Source: Terriglobia bacterium (GTDB taxonomy: Bacteria; Acidobacteriota; Terriglobia; 20CM-2-55-15). From it: DNA of 64,000 nt. Of this stretch, positions 1-10,271 are shown piece after piece. Position 1 is the first letter of the stretch. Every line of letters starts with the position of its first letter. The stretch spans positions 960,001 through 1,024,000 of the forward strand of contig CAXWPJ010000009.1 in NCBI GenBank assembly GCA_963664115.2, read 5' to 3'. Under the pieces are notes generated by a model that ran no database searches, had not been told where the DNA came from, and worked only from the letters and a program-made list of their open reading frames with translations. Position numbers and translations under genes: made by a program.

Positions 1-261
1 CTCGAATCGACGGATGGCGAAACCTGGGCCATCGAACACAGCAATATCAGTCAGTTGGCAAGGCTGGGTTACGGCCGGAATTCCCTTCGCGTAGGGACTG
101 AGGTGACGGCTCGTTTCAATCCCGGCACCGACGGGAACAAGATCGGCCTGTGTCAGGGATTTATTCTTCCAGACGGCACGGAAATCTTTCTGCGGAGCCG
201 GTTGCCAGACAGCCAGGCAAGGGGTGCGAGGGGTCTCCGGCCCGGCGAGGTAGTTGACTAG
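1..261 (+). CDS. DUF6152-like protein, 5'-truncated by window edge
   Basis: Frame 1 is open from base 1 (..ETWAIEHSNISQLARLGYGRNSLRVGTEVTARFNPGTDG..LCQGFILPDG), closely similar to the C-terminal half of 8616-9038. Confidence 0.8.
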   Translation, partial: LESTDGETWAIEHSNISQLARLGYGRNSLRVGTEVTARFNPGTDGNKIGLCQGFILPDGTEIFLRSRLPDSQARGARGLRPGEVVD

Positions 262-322
262 CGCGCCCGATTGACGATTTGAATAGGCGAGTCGAAAGGA
301 ACCCGGCTGGGCTGTAAGGAGA

Positions 323-1159
323 GTGAGGATGAGAAGCTATACCCTCGGTGGCACCTGTCTTTTGGTTTGCGTCATGTTGTGGTCATTGGTATTCGCCGGC
401 GGTGTTTCAGCCTTCGAGCCGGGTCAGGTGGTCACGGGCGAATCGGATCCCCGGGATTTATCAGGAATATATATCCGGCGCGGTGGAAACCGCGGCTTTG
501 GCCCACGGGGTAGCATGCCTCCCCTGACCCCCGCGGGTGAGGCGGTGATGGCGACGAGAATTCCGTCGCCTGGTTACAGCCGCCACCCTCTTGCCCAGGA
601 AATTGACGATCAGGCGCTTTCGAACGATCCTACCTTCGCATGTAATCCGAAAGGCTTTCCCCGGATTCTCCTGGATACAGCCCACGACTTTCATGAGGTC
701 ATGATGCTTCCTGACAGAGTGTTGCAGGTCTGGCAGGAGGCACGGGTGATGCGCGAAATCTGGCTCGACGGTCGGGAAGTGCCCTCGGGTGAGAACCTTG
801 AAAACCTCGGGCCGGCCTGGTATGGCCACTCGGTTGCGGAGTGGGAAGGCGACACGCTTGTCGTCAACACGGTGGGTTTCGACGATAGAGAATGGCTTGA
901 TCAATACGGATTTCCCATCAGTTTCGAAGCGCGAATTGAAGAACGTTACACTAAGGTTGACGCCGAAACGATAGAGCTTCAGTTGACGCTTAACGATCCA
1001 ACGCACTATACGCGCGCATGGGTATCCGATACCAAGATGTGGAAAAAAGAGCCGCGCGAGAACGTGACCTGGTATGGATGGTACGGATTGTTCTCAGGCT
1101 TGGGCGAATTGCTCTGCGCGCCGGTGAACGCAAGCCCCATCAATCCGCGCGGCGGCTGA
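323..1159 (+). CDS. Secreted uncharacterised 'WYGHSVGxWEGDTLV' family protein (DUF6152 partner)
   Basis: Signal peptide; motifs CNPKGFPR, WYGHSVAEWEGDTLVVNT, IEERY, ELLCAP; four paralogues in the window. Confidence 0.85.
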   Translation: MRMRSYTLGGTCLLVCVMLWSLVFAGGVSAFEPGQVVTGESDPRDLSGIYIRRGGNRGFGPRGSMPPLTPAGEAVMATRIPSPGYSRHPLAQEIDDQALSNDPTFACNPKGFPRILLDTAHDFHEVMMLPDRVLQVWQEARVMREIWLDGREVPSGENLENLGPAWYGHSVAEWEGDTLVVNTVGFDDREWLDQYGFPISFEARIEERYTKVDAETIELQLTLNDPTHYTRAWVSDTKMWKKEPRENVTWYGWYGLFSGLGELLCAPVNASPINPRGG

Positions 1160-1305
1160 TTCCGGAATTGGGTGATGTGACCGGAGAGGCCACCCGGCGA
1201 CACGCGGTCAGTGGCGTTTTCAAGCAGGTTCCCAAGACTTCCGACACCCCGCGGTCGTAGGTCGCCTCTTCAAGGATAGACGCCACGACCGGACCCCGTA
1301 AAACC

Positions 1306-1335
1306 TTGACAGCTCGACTGGCAGAAGCTTAGGAT
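1306..1335 (+). promoter_or_regulatory. Putative sigma70 promoter
   Basis: TTGACA-N18-TAGGAT upstream of the 1534 gene. Confidence 0.45.
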
Positions 1336-1533
1336 CACTGAGAGAATTCCAGCTTTCTTTTATAGGTGCAGGGCAGGGCGATCGGCCATCAAGCGAGAAT
1401 GTTATAGCGTTGGAGCGAAGGCGGTTAAGAGGCGTCGAGAAGAGGCAGCATCGTCGATAAGCCCGTCGTTGACAGGCAGAAACCAGAGTTGGGAACTTAT
1501 CCGCTATTCGAATTTCACATTATGGAGAGAAGC

Positions 1534-1920
1534 ATGAAAAAATTTCTCACTTTCTTTGTCGTCGTTGCAACGCTGTCGATGGTTGCCGCGCCTGTGTTCG
1601 CGCACCACGGTCGTGGGCAGACCTATGCGATGGATGAGGAAATTACCTTGAAGGGCACGGTATCTGAAGTGATCTGGCGCAATCCCCACGTCTTATACTA
1701 TGTGGACGTAGAGGACGCCGACGGCAAAGTTGTCAATTGGGCCTTTGAGAACGGAGGCGTCAGCCAGTTGGCCCGGGAAGGCTATCACCGGAATACACTC
1801 ACGGTGGGGCAGGAAATTACTGCGGTTGTCCATCCGGCACGCAACGGTGCGCCGACGTCGATCGTCGTGAGGGTTATTCTCCCCGACGGCACCGAGATGA
1901 TGTGTCGCGAGTGTGACTAG
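1534..1920 (+). CDS. DUF6152-like secreted protein
   Basis: GGAGAGA RBS then ATG at 1534; signal peptide ending VFA|HHGRG; GTVSEVIWRNPH motif. Confidence 0.85.
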   Translation: MKKFLTFFVVVATLSMVAAPVFAHHGRGQTYAMDEEITLKGTVSEVIWRNPHVLYYVDVEDADGKVVNWAFENGGVSQLAREGYHRNTLTVGQEITAVVHPARNGAPTSIVVRVILPDGTEMMCRECD

Positions 1921-2071
1921 CTCAGGCTTCTGAGGGAATTGAATTCCTTTGTTGGAGGAGAGCTTTGTACCATGACGTATATTCTTCTGCTTCTCCGGCG
2001 ACCGTAAAAGTAAGCCTCACTGAAAACCCGTACTGCTTTCCGTCAGGCGGGTGAGGTGGGGGTCTCAACAC

Positions 2072-2106
2072 AAACGTCCTCGAACCCAGGCGGTTCGAGG
2101 ACGTTT
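2072..2106. terminator. Bidirectional intrinsic terminator-like hairpin
   Basis: Perfect 15-bp inverted repeat aaacgtcctcgaacc/ggttcgaggacgttt with a 5-nt loop, between convergent genes. Confidence 0.75.
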
Positions 2107-2121
2107 CGTCATTTAATACTA

Positions 2122-2943
2122 CTATTCAGGGGCTGAAGGATCCCGAAATCGTTCGTTGTAGCCCACGACCTCGTTCATGGGAGCGCAGATGGACTCTGTG
2201 ACTCCTGAAATTATCCCTGTCCACCCGAAAAAAGTGTAGTTCTCAGGCGGTTGGCGCGTGAAGACTCTCCGGGTAGCTTCCCATGGAGCGGTATAGTTCT
2301 CCGGGTCGTACAGGGTCATGAGAACTTCCAGGTTGTTGGCGTCGAGGAGCGTATAACGCTCTTCGATCCGTGCGCGTAAGCTTTTCGGATGCCCCGGCCT
2401 GTCGAGCCACGCTCTATCTTCGAGACCTGTAGTGTTGACGACAAGCGTGTTGCCTTCCCACTCACCCACTGAATGGCCGTACCAGGCTGGCCCTAGATTT
2501 TCCAGGTTCTCGCCCGAAGGCAGCTCTCGTCCGTCCAGCCAGATGTAGCGGAGCCGTCCTTCCCACTGGAAGACCTGGATCAGCCTGTCTTCAAGCTGCA
2601 TTATTTCCGTCGGCTCGGCGTCAAAAAATAGCTTTGGAAAGCCAGCCGGATTGCATTGGTATTCAGGGTCGTTCGAAAGATGCGGGTAGTCGACCGATCG
2701 TGGAGGAATGCGTCCACTCATAATTTCCTCGGCCTGCGCCGTCAGAGGCGGTCGAGTATCCGGGCCCCAGCCTGAAAACGCGTTCGTCCCTTCGGTTAAC
2801 ATCCACACTCCTGAGAAATCATGCGCATCATATTGGCCCGAACCCTGCGGTTCGGATGCCGTGCCGGCCACTGTGAACACGGCCAAGGCACAAAAGAGCG
2901 CCAGCCCCAAGGCAGTTACTAATCTGAAGAAGTAATTTTGCAT
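2122..2943 (-). CDS. Secreted 'WEGDTL' family protein
   Basis: Start MQNYFF after AAGGA; CNPAGFPK, WYGHSVGEWEGNTLVV, ESICAP. Confidence 0.85.
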   Translation of the reverse strand: MQNYFFRLVTALGLALFCALAVFTVAGTASEPQGSGQYDAHDFSGVWMLTEGTNAFSGWGPDTRPPLTAQAEEIMSGRIPPRSVDYPHLSNDPEYQCNPAGFPKLFFDAEPTEIMQLEDRLIQVFQWEGRLRYIWLDGRELPSGENLENLGPAWYGHSVGEWEGNTLVVNTTGLEDRAWLDRPGHPKSLRARIEERYTLLDANNLEVLMTLYDPENYTAPWEATRRVFTRQPPENYTFFGWTGIISGVTESICAPMNEVVGYNERFRDPSAPE

Positions 2944-3561
2944 TTGTTGAGATTCCTTGAACGGATGTTTGATCTTAATTGAGAAGAGGCAGGAGCGGTT
3001 CAAACTGGGAGGGCTTTAGCTCTCTTCACTTACCATTTTAGAGCGCCATTCGGCATTGTAGGGCCCACTATGCGGACGGTATATGATTACTCACCCCTAG
3101 ACCGGGTCAATGCTAATGGCATTGAAATCTTCTGCGTTCTGCGGCGCACGGATCGCCTGGGTGTCGCCATTGATACATCGTTACGTGGATCCAATTTCAC
3201 TGATTCTGTCCCAACGATAAGCTGCGATAATCTAGGTGTCAAACAATTTGCCGGGGCTGTTGGGCGACCATGCGGGCCGCGGGTCCCCAGCGGCAAAACT
3301 GTAGGCTTGGCGTAAAGACGGCCAGTGTCACTGGACCGGTTCGATTAATCTCAAAACGCTTCAACCCTCCGGCGGTCCTCCTATCGGCCCCTTCGCCTTG
3401 ATGATGAAAGGGGCAAAGGTCGTTCAGCCCCACGCTTTTAAGGCGACAGAGACGGTCGGCGGCATGAACGACCACGCAGTTTCTAAAGGGGGCCAATACA
3501 GGGCGTTCAACCAGGCTTGGCCGAATCATGGTATTCGCGGATAATGTCTGACTATACTAGC

Positions 3562-5408
3562 CCCAAAACAAGCGCATAACCAGTCCGCCGAGGCCCAGTT
3601 CGCGCCGATAGAATTCGAGGCATAGAATCCCGTTCCCGGATGGCCTGTTCCAGGTATCGAGTTTCTGTTGAATCTGTTTCAGTTCAGCCTCGCTGGTGTT
3701 GGACGGTTGACAGAAACCGGGACCTCGATCGCCCGGGCTCAGAGTCATGATCGGGTCAACATCGCAGAGGCTGACGCAACACATCCACCCCGCGGAACAA
3801 GACCGGCAACCACCGGTTCCAGGCCAGGATCCGGAACAGAATGCGCCGCCCGGTGCGCACGAGTTGGCACGGCACAAGCATGAAAGCGTTCAAGAAGGTT
3901 TTGAACTCCATGCGCAGCACGGTTTGCTTCTCAGCCTGATATTTTTGGCCCCAACGTCCGGTTTCGGGAAGCAGCAATGCAAACCACGCTTTCAGTGTCC
4001 AGGCCAGTGACGCGATCACCATGTAGGCCCAGTTGCTGGTCTGATCTCCGACCGGCATCCGCAACGCCTGAACGCCGTTCTTCAACTGCTCAATGAGATT
4101 CTCCTGATTGCACCGTTGATTGGCACGCATCACAATCTGGTCGGCCGGATCCGAACGGTTGGTAATGTAGAAGAAGTACCGGATGTCGTCAAACAACACC
4201 TGCTCTCCTTTGGCCACCGACAGATTCTTCCGCACCACGACGACACGGTAGTCCCGATCGCAGGCTCCGGGTCGATACCGAAACTCGGCCACATCCTCAC
4301 CCTGCAAGCGGATATTGTCGAAACCGCGCTGCCGAACGATCTCTTCCTTCACGTTGTCGGGACGTTGGCGCGGTTCGGTCGCCACGTCGTATTTCGCGGG
4401 CCGTTCCAGGCGCTTCCACTGGCGCGGCTCCAGTTCATCGGCCCGGGCCTTCAGGTTCGCCATCGCGTCAATCCCGAATATGAAACCCACCTGCTGGTCG
4501 TCCCATCCGTCCAGATGCCGGGTCTGGCTGAAGTCCGTGTCCCCGCGCAGCAGGATCTGGCGAAACCCCGCATGCCGGCACAATGCGATGGCTTGGTCGA
4601 ACCGGACCGCGGCTCCTTCATGCGACGGCCGGTTGCCGCTACGATTGACCAGATACAGCGGTTCGGCGGTGTTGGCCAGCGAGATCATCAGCGGGTGATA
4701 TCCCCACGTCCCGTCGTAGGCCACGTCCATCCCTTGCTTGCATTCCCCCGTGGTTTCGGCCAGTGTCCCGTCCGCGTCCAACACCGCTTCTTCGAAAAAC
4801 GCCGCCGGTTGCTGTCGCCAGACTCCGAGCCGGACTTGATTGGTTGCCTCCATCAGACACTCCACGTCGTCGGCCTCGAATCTCCGGCAGAAGTCTCCCG
4901 CCGTCGTCGGATCCGGAATCCGTTGCGCTCCCAGCGCATCCAGATACACCGCATCGTTGCGCCGCAGTTCGATGTCTTCCAGGCACGTTCCTCCGCTCAA
5001 GGCGTTGTAGGCGATGTTCAGCACGTGATCCGACTCGTGATACGGCAGGTGCCGCTTCAACACATGCACGCCCTTGTCGATGGCTTCGATCAGCCCGGTC
5101 CGCCGCGCCACCAGTTGCATCGTCCCGATACCACCAACCGATGTGCCCCGCGTCCGCTCTCCCATCTCGTACTGAATGTTGCTCGCCGAAAACATCGGCT
5201 CTACCTGATCCGTCCAATGCCGGTCCCCAAGCCGACGTTCGATTCGCCGCTTGCGGTTCCTCATGTTCTTGCGCGTATAATCGTTCATCTGAAATGCCTC
5301 CTTTTCCGAAGAATCTGTTCAAGGTTTTTTTCGCACGGAGAGGGGGCATTTCGGGTACTTCCGCTCTTATTGCACTATCATTTCCTCGTCAATCACGCTT
5401 GTTCAGGG
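3562..5408 (-). mobile_element. IS1380-family insertion sequence, apparently intact
   Basis: Imperfect terminal IRs cccaaaacaagcg (3562) and ccctgaacaagcg (reverse complement ending 5408), 11/13 match; direct repeat ACTAGC at 3556-3561 and 5409-5414; single transposase ORF. Confidence 0.88.
3756..5288 (-). CDS. IS1380-family DDE transposase
   Basis: 510 aa; LDADGT, GYHPL, LLRGDTDF, RCNQENLIEQLKNG motifs typical of IS1380 transposases. Confidence 0.9.
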   Translation of the reverse strand: MNDYTRKNMRNRKRRIERRLGDRHWTDQVEPMFSASNIQYEMGERTRGTSVGGIGTMQLVARRTGLIEAIDKGVHVLKRHLPYHESDHVLNIAYNALSGGTCLEDIELRRNDAVYLDALGAQRIPDPTTAGDFCRRFEADDVECLMEATNQVRLGVWRQQPAAFFEEAVLDADGTLAETTGECKQGMDVAYDGTWGYHPLMISLANTAEPLYLVNRSGNRPSHEGAAVRFDQAIALCRHAGFRQILLRGDTDFSQTRHLDGWDDQQVGFIFGIDAMANLKARADELEPRQWKRLERPAKYDVATEPRQRPDNVKEEIVRQRGFDNIRLQGEDVAEFRYRPGACDRDYRVVVVRKNLSVAKGEQVLFDDIRYFFYITNRSDPADQIVMRANQRCNQENLIEQLKNGVQALRMPVGDQTSNWAYMVIASLAWTLKAWFALLLPETGRWGQKYQAEKQTVLRMEFKTFLNAFMLVPCQLVRTGRRILFRILAWNRWLPVLFRGVDVLRQPLRC

Positions 5409-5479
5409 ACTAGCGGGAATTCGAACCGACATTATTGGGTCTATCTCGGAAAGCCTGACGGACCTTGGGAGAACCGAAC

Positions 5480-6130
5480 ATGAAAAAGATGGCACGCATC
5501 TTTACCGCGGCTTTGATGTTACTAGTGGGCCCGGTATTAGTTGCACAGGCGCAGCAGTCGATGAGTTTTTTCGTCACCAGCGTGGGTCTGGATGACGGAG
5601 CCAATCTGGGCGGGCTGACGGGAGCCGATTTTCACTGCCAGACGCTGGCGGCGGCCGCGGGCAGTACCAGGACTTTTCAGGCCTATCTGAGCACCAAGGC
5701 GGGCGACAACGGGGTGACGGTGATCGATGCCCGCGACCGCATCGGCACGGGTCCCTGGTATAACGCGAGAGGGCAGAGAATCGCGCGAAGCGTTGACGAA
5801 TTGCATGGCGACAACAACGCGCTCAGCAAGGTGACAGCCTTCACGGAAAAAGGGGATGCGGTGAACGGGGTGGGTGACACGCCCAATATGCACGACATCA
5901 TGACGGGTTCTCAGCCAGACGGCCGCGCCTACCCCGACGACGGAATGGACCATACCTGCGTGAACTACACGAGTAACCGCGATACGGGCTCGGTTCAAGT
6001 GGGTCATTCCGATCGGACCGGCGGCGGTTTCACATCGTGGAATTCGGCACATGGCAGTCGAGGCTGCAGTCAGGACAACCTCGTGGGCACTGGCGGCGCG
6101 GGATTGTTCTACTGCTTCACGATCGATTAG
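5480..6130 (+). CDS. Secreted lectin-like protein (C-type lectin/endostatin-like fold)
   Basis: Signal peptide; MSFFVTS..GANLGGLTGADFHCQ..ARDRIGTGPW..SWNSAHGSRGC..GLFYCF. Confidence 0.75.
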   Translation: MKKMARIFTAALMLLVGPVLVAQAQQSMSFFVTSVGLDDGANLGGLTGADFHCQTLAAAAGSTRTFQAYLSTKAGDNGVTVIDARDRIGTGPWYNARGQRIARSVDELHGDNNALSKVTAFTEKGDAVNGVGDTPNMHDIMTGSQPDGRAYPDDGMDHTCVNYTSNRDTGSVQVGHSDRTGGGFTSWNSAHGSRGCSQDNLVGTGGAGLFYCFTID

Positions 6131-6219
6131 TAGTTTCGCCGCGCGGCCCTCGAAACGGTGCTAAGGCCGCTTACGTTTTACTGCTCGATGAAATACCAGC
6201 TATAGGATGGGAGGTTCCG

Positions 6220-6609
6220 ATGACTATGCGATGGGTGTGGGTGGGGGCGGTGTATGCCACCCTGGCCGTGTTCCCGCAGCTCGGTGGCGGTGTGGTTCAA
6301 GCGCATCACAGCCAGGCGGGCTTCGCGACGGACAAAGAAGCGATAATACTGGAGGGCACGGTCGCAGAATACCGGTGGAGAAATCCGCATGTGTTGATCT
6401 TCTGGGACGTCGCAGGCGAGAACGGAGAGGTCGTGCGCTGGGTGGGCGAACTTGGCTCTGTAAATACATGTATTGCTAACGGCATGACTAAGACTTCGCT
6501 CATACCGGGAGACAAGATTACTGTCCACGCGATTCCATCGCGGGCAGGTACGCCGGTAAGTCTGATTGAAGGGTTGGTGAAAGAGGACGGAACCGTCCTG
6601 TCAGACTGA
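6220..6609 (+). CDS. DUF6152-like secreted protein
   Basis: GGGAGG RBS; VQA|HHSQAGF; GTVAEYRWRNPH. Confidence 0.85.
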   Translation: MTMRWVWVGAVYATLAVFPQLGGGVVQAHHSQAGFATDKEAIILEGTVAEYRWRNPHVLIFWDVAGENGEVVRWVGELGSVNTCIANGMTKTSLIPGDKITVHAIPSRAGTPVSLIEGLVKEDGTVLSD

Positions 6610-6700
6610 AGCGGAGCGTAGCTGAGGCAAGCAGAACGGAACCCGACCAGGGAGTCCCAATTAGGGAGCCCACCTAGGGAGAACTAGGGAGTAAGGAAGA

Positions 6701-7584
6701 ATGCGAAATGAATTCAGGGCTATCGAGGCGACCAAAGCGATTAAAGCATTGATACTCGCTGGTGTGGTGGTACTGGCCGTCTCGTCGGTTGCGTCCGCGC
6801 AGGGTGCGCCCCCACCGGAGGGCTGGCGGACCTGTCCGCGGTGCCAGGGCGGTGTACTCGGTGCCGCGGTGAGGACAGAGCTACAGCGCTTGCTGAAGTG
6901 GAGGGGCAGTCGTTTGATCCACGAGACGTGTCTGGAGTATGGGGCTTCAACGGCGTCGAGTTGGACGTGTACTCGGTGCCGCCGCTGACACCCTATGGAA
7001 AGGAACTCTACGATGCAACGCGTTCGGAGGAAACCCCCGACGGGACGCCGATATCCAATTCGAAAGACGGCATGCTGATTTGCGATCCGCTCGGCTATCC
7101 ACGGCTGTTCGCCTACAACTACGGATTTCAGTTCGTGACGCTGCCCGACCGCGTAGTCCAGTTCTTCGAGTGGGGTCATACATGGCGTGATATCTGGATC
7201 GACGGCCGAGAACTCCCCGACGATCCTCCAGCGCCCCGGTGGATGGGTTGGGCCGTCGGCGAGTGGGAGGGAGACACCTTCGTCATCGAGTCGAACGGTT
7301 ACGACGACAGATCGTGGCTATCAGAGGACCGCAGGGACCGCAGGTGGGGTTTCCCGCATACAGGCGATTTGCGGGTGGTGGAGCGTTATCGGCGCACGAG
7401 CTATACGACGCTTGAGGCCTCGCTGACGATCATCGACCCGGAGGTTTACAAGACGCCTTGGACGACCGAAGCCACCATCAACATGAGTGCGGACACCGAG
7501 CTGTGGGAATACATGTGCGCACCATCCGAGTCGGAGTTGTTTAACGAACAATATCTGCGGCCGGCTGCGGGCGCGATTCCCTAG
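6701..7584 (+). pseudogene. 'WEGDTL' family gene with a frameshift near 6851 (pseudogene or sequencing error)
   Basis: Signal peptide plus WRTCPRCQG lies in the frame of 6701; the family body (CTRCRGED..FDPRDVSGVW..CDPLGYPR..WEGDTFV..EYMCAP) continues in the -1 frame to 7584. Confidence 0.7.
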
Positions 7585-7627
7585 CCGGCAAGCGTCCGTC
7601 CCCTTCCCGCCCACAAAGGAGTATTCC

Positions 7628-8539
7628 ATGAAGAATTTTATCGCGATGGCAGGTATCGTCCTGGCTCTCGGCGCGAACGCTATTGGCCAGGCAAGAAACG
7701 ATGAATACGAGATCACCCACTTTGCCGCGCCCTATCCCGGAGCAACAGGTAACGCGCGGGACACGGTGTCGGTGGCGACCGACAGCAAGGGATCGATTCT
7801 CATCCTGAGGCGTTCCGATCCTCCCGTCCTTATCTACAACCGTGAGGGAGAGCTCGAGGACTCCTGGGGAACGGGTTTGTTCGTCGACACGCACAACATC
7901 GATGTTGACCCGGAGGGCTACGTCTGGATCGGAGACCGGAACGGCCAGATGGCCTACAAGTTCACGATGGACGGCACAGAAGTCATGTCGATCGGGACAA
8001 AGGGAGTCGCCGGGGACAACAGCTCCGAATATGCTTTTAACCGTGCCAGCGATATTCTGGTGACGCCGGCCGGCGATATATTCATTGCAGATGGCTACGA
8101 AAACAACCGCATCGTCCACTATTCGAAGGACGGGGAATTTATCAATATTATCGGAGGTATCGCGGGAACGGGTCCTGGACAATTTGATGCGATCCACGCC
8201 GTTCAGATGGATTCCAGGGGCCGCCTGGTCGTCTTGGACCGGCATACCAACGACCCGCGTGTCCAGGTCTGGGATACCGACGGCACGTTTATTGAAGAGT
8301 GGTCCGGTCTCGAACTGACCAATGGCTCCGGTTTCACGGTGGACGACAGTGACACGTTCTACATTGGCGATACTGTGGGTCACCAAATCTTGATAATCAA
8401 GGATGGGGAAATTCTCCAGCGGATCTCTGACCTGGAGGTCGAAACGCACCAGATGACCCGAGACACCGAAACTGGCGCTTTCTACCTTGCAGATACCGGC
8501 GCGCCTGGCGGAATGATCTGGAAAGTTGTAAAGAAATAG
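7628..8539 (+). CDS. NHL-repeat protein, peptidyl-alpha-hydroxyglycine alpha-amidating lyase (PAL)-like
   Basis: AAGGAG RBS; signal peptide; THNIDVD, IFIADGYENNRIV, PGQFDAIHAV motifs. Confidence 0.75.
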   Translation: MKNFIAMAGIVLALGANAIGQARNDEYEITHFAAPYPGATGNARDTVSVATDSKGSILILRRSDPPVLIYNREGELEDSWGTGLFVDTHNIDVDPEGYVWIGDRNGQMAYKFTMDGTEVMSIGTKGVAGDNSSEYAFNRASDILVTPAGDIFIADGYENNRIVHYSKDGEFINIIGGIAGTGPGQFDAIHAVQMDSRGRLVVLDRHTNDPRVQVWDTDGTFIEEWSGLELTNGSGFTVDDSDTFYIGDTVGHQILIIKDGEILQRISDLEVETHQMTRDTETGAFYLADTGAPGGMIWKVVKK

Positions 8540-8615
8540 CCGGCGCTTGCTTCCACGCCATCGCTTGAGAAGCAAAGAGTGTTTCCGTGGACATCCGACT
8601 CGAAAGGGAGAAGGT

Positions 8616-9038
8616 ATGAAACGTATTCTGAGTACATTTTGGGGATCCGCTTTCTTTCTGGTTGCGGGCTTGTCGTTTGTAGCCGAACCGCTACTCGCCC
8701 ATCACGGGAGGGGAAACAGTTATGACACCTCCCGTCAGGTCGAAATCGAAGGCACGATAACGGAGGTCCTTTGGCGCAATCCGCATATATCAATTTTTGT
8801 AGATGTGACCGACGACGATGGTCTGGTCACCAATTGGAGGATAGAACACAGCCCGATCCACCGGCTGGCACAGCAGGGATACAACAGAAATACGCTCAAA
8901 CCCGGCATGGAAGTAACCGTCATCATCAATCCCGGCACTGACGGCGTACCCGTGGGGCTTTGCTACGGGGTAATTCTTGAGGACGGCACACTGATCATGA
9001 ATTTGCGGGGTCGGGGCCGCGGTCGGGGGGCTGAGTAA
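8616..9038 (+). CDS. DUF6152-like secreted protein
   Basis: LLA|HHGRGNSYD; GTITEVLWRNPH. Confidence 0.85.
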   Translation: MKRILSTFWGSAFFLVAGLSFVAEPLLAHHGRGNSYDTSRQVEIEGTITEVLWRNPHISIFVDVTDDDGLVTNWRIEHSPIHRLAQQGYNRNTLKPGMEVTVIINPGTDGVPVGLCYGVILEDGTLIMNLRGRGRGRGAE

Positions 9039-9155
9039 GGCGACCCGTTATCGCGGTCGTGAGACAGTAAATGTGCGGGTCATCTTTAAAGAGTTTACGC
9101 GCCGAACGCAGTCGATCAGTGAAGCCTTAGGAGAGGGTATTCAGGAGATTCAAAT

Positions 9156-9992
9156 ATGCGAAATTCTATTTTCCGTTTGATGGTCGTCTTCGTGTCGACG
9201 CTCTTGATATTGTTGGCGACCTCAGCAGAGGCCGGTCAGAGGGCACCAGCGAGCCCAGAGTCCACTGAGGCCGGATTCGATCCACGAGATTTTTCCGGAA
9301 TCTGGGACCGGGATGGCGGAGATCGTGGCTTTGGCCCGGCAGACTCGATGCCTCGCCTGACACCGGCGGGTGAGGAAAGGGCGAGCGTCATGCTGAGTCC
9401 TGGCCGCAGTCGTCTGCCCGACATTATAAAAAACGTCGACCGGCCCGAACTTTCGAACGACCCTGCCTTTTCGTGTAATCCAATGGGTTTTCCGAGGCTC
9501 ATCCTTGATATCGCCCATGACTATCATGAGTGGCACCATCTTCCGGACAGGATGATGCAAGTTATCCAGGAGTCACGAATGCTTCGCGAAATTTGGATGG
9601 ACGGGCGGGCGGTGCCTTCGGCTGAGGAGATCGATAATCTTGGGCCGATGTGGTACGGACATTCGGTTGGCCGTTGGGAAGGGGACACGCTTGTGATCAC
9701 TACGGTCGGCCTCGACGATAGAGCGTTACTGGATTCTTTTCTTTTACCGAAAAGTTTTAACGCGAGAATCGAAGAACGCTACAGGCGGGTCGACGCCGAC
9801 ACTCTGGAGCTTCAATTGACGCTCTCAGACCCGGACTACTATACGGAGACCTGGGTGTCTGACGTGAAGAGGTGGAGAAGAGTGCCGCGCGAGAACATGA
9901 CGTTTTATGGATGGTTTGGGATGTTGTCGGGGCTCGGGGAGTTGATCTGTGCGCCCATGAATGCGGGTGGAACCAATGCACGTGGCGGATGA
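9156..9992 (+). CDS. Secreted 'WEGDTL' family protein
   Basis: CNPMGFPR, WYGHSVGRWEGDTLV, ELICAP; closest to 323-1159. Confidence 0.85.
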   Translation: MRNSIFRLMVVFVSTLLILLATSAEAGQRAPASPESTEAGFDPRDFSGIWDRDGGDRGFGPADSMPRLTPAGEERASVMLSPGRSRLPDIIKNVDRPELSNDPAFSCNPMGFPRLILDIAHDYHEWHHLPDRMMQVIQESRMLREIWMDGRAVPSAEEIDNLGPMWYGHSVGRWEGDTLVITTVGLDDRALLDSFLLPKSFNARIEERYRRVDADTLELQLTLSDPDYYTETWVSDVKRWRRVPRENMTFYGWFGMLSGLGELICAPMNAGGTNARGG

Positions 9993-10271
9993 GCTTGGCA
10001 ACAGATATATGTGTAAGCCCCTTTTGGAGGGATTGGAGTGCGGGCTTGGAGTAATGATAGCCACAGAGCGACAGACTTCCGTTCACAGGCAGGCCGGCGT
10101 TTACACCTTGACCGGGGGCATTGCGGGGCAAGTTTCAACACTATGGTCAGACAGAAAACCGAGCCACTTCCGATGGATCGCACCCGGATGAAGTGGGTTG
10201 TTTATGGATGCAGTTCTTTCCTAATAAAATGTTATTCCCTCATAATCTGAACGTGTAGGAGGTAGGGAGCA

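Noticed and set aside
1157-1180. Sec read-through at the RGG-TGA ends of 323-1159 and 9156-9992
   Set aside because: In-frame stops follow within a few codons, the downstream peptides are not conserved, and no AGGCU-type hairpin is present.
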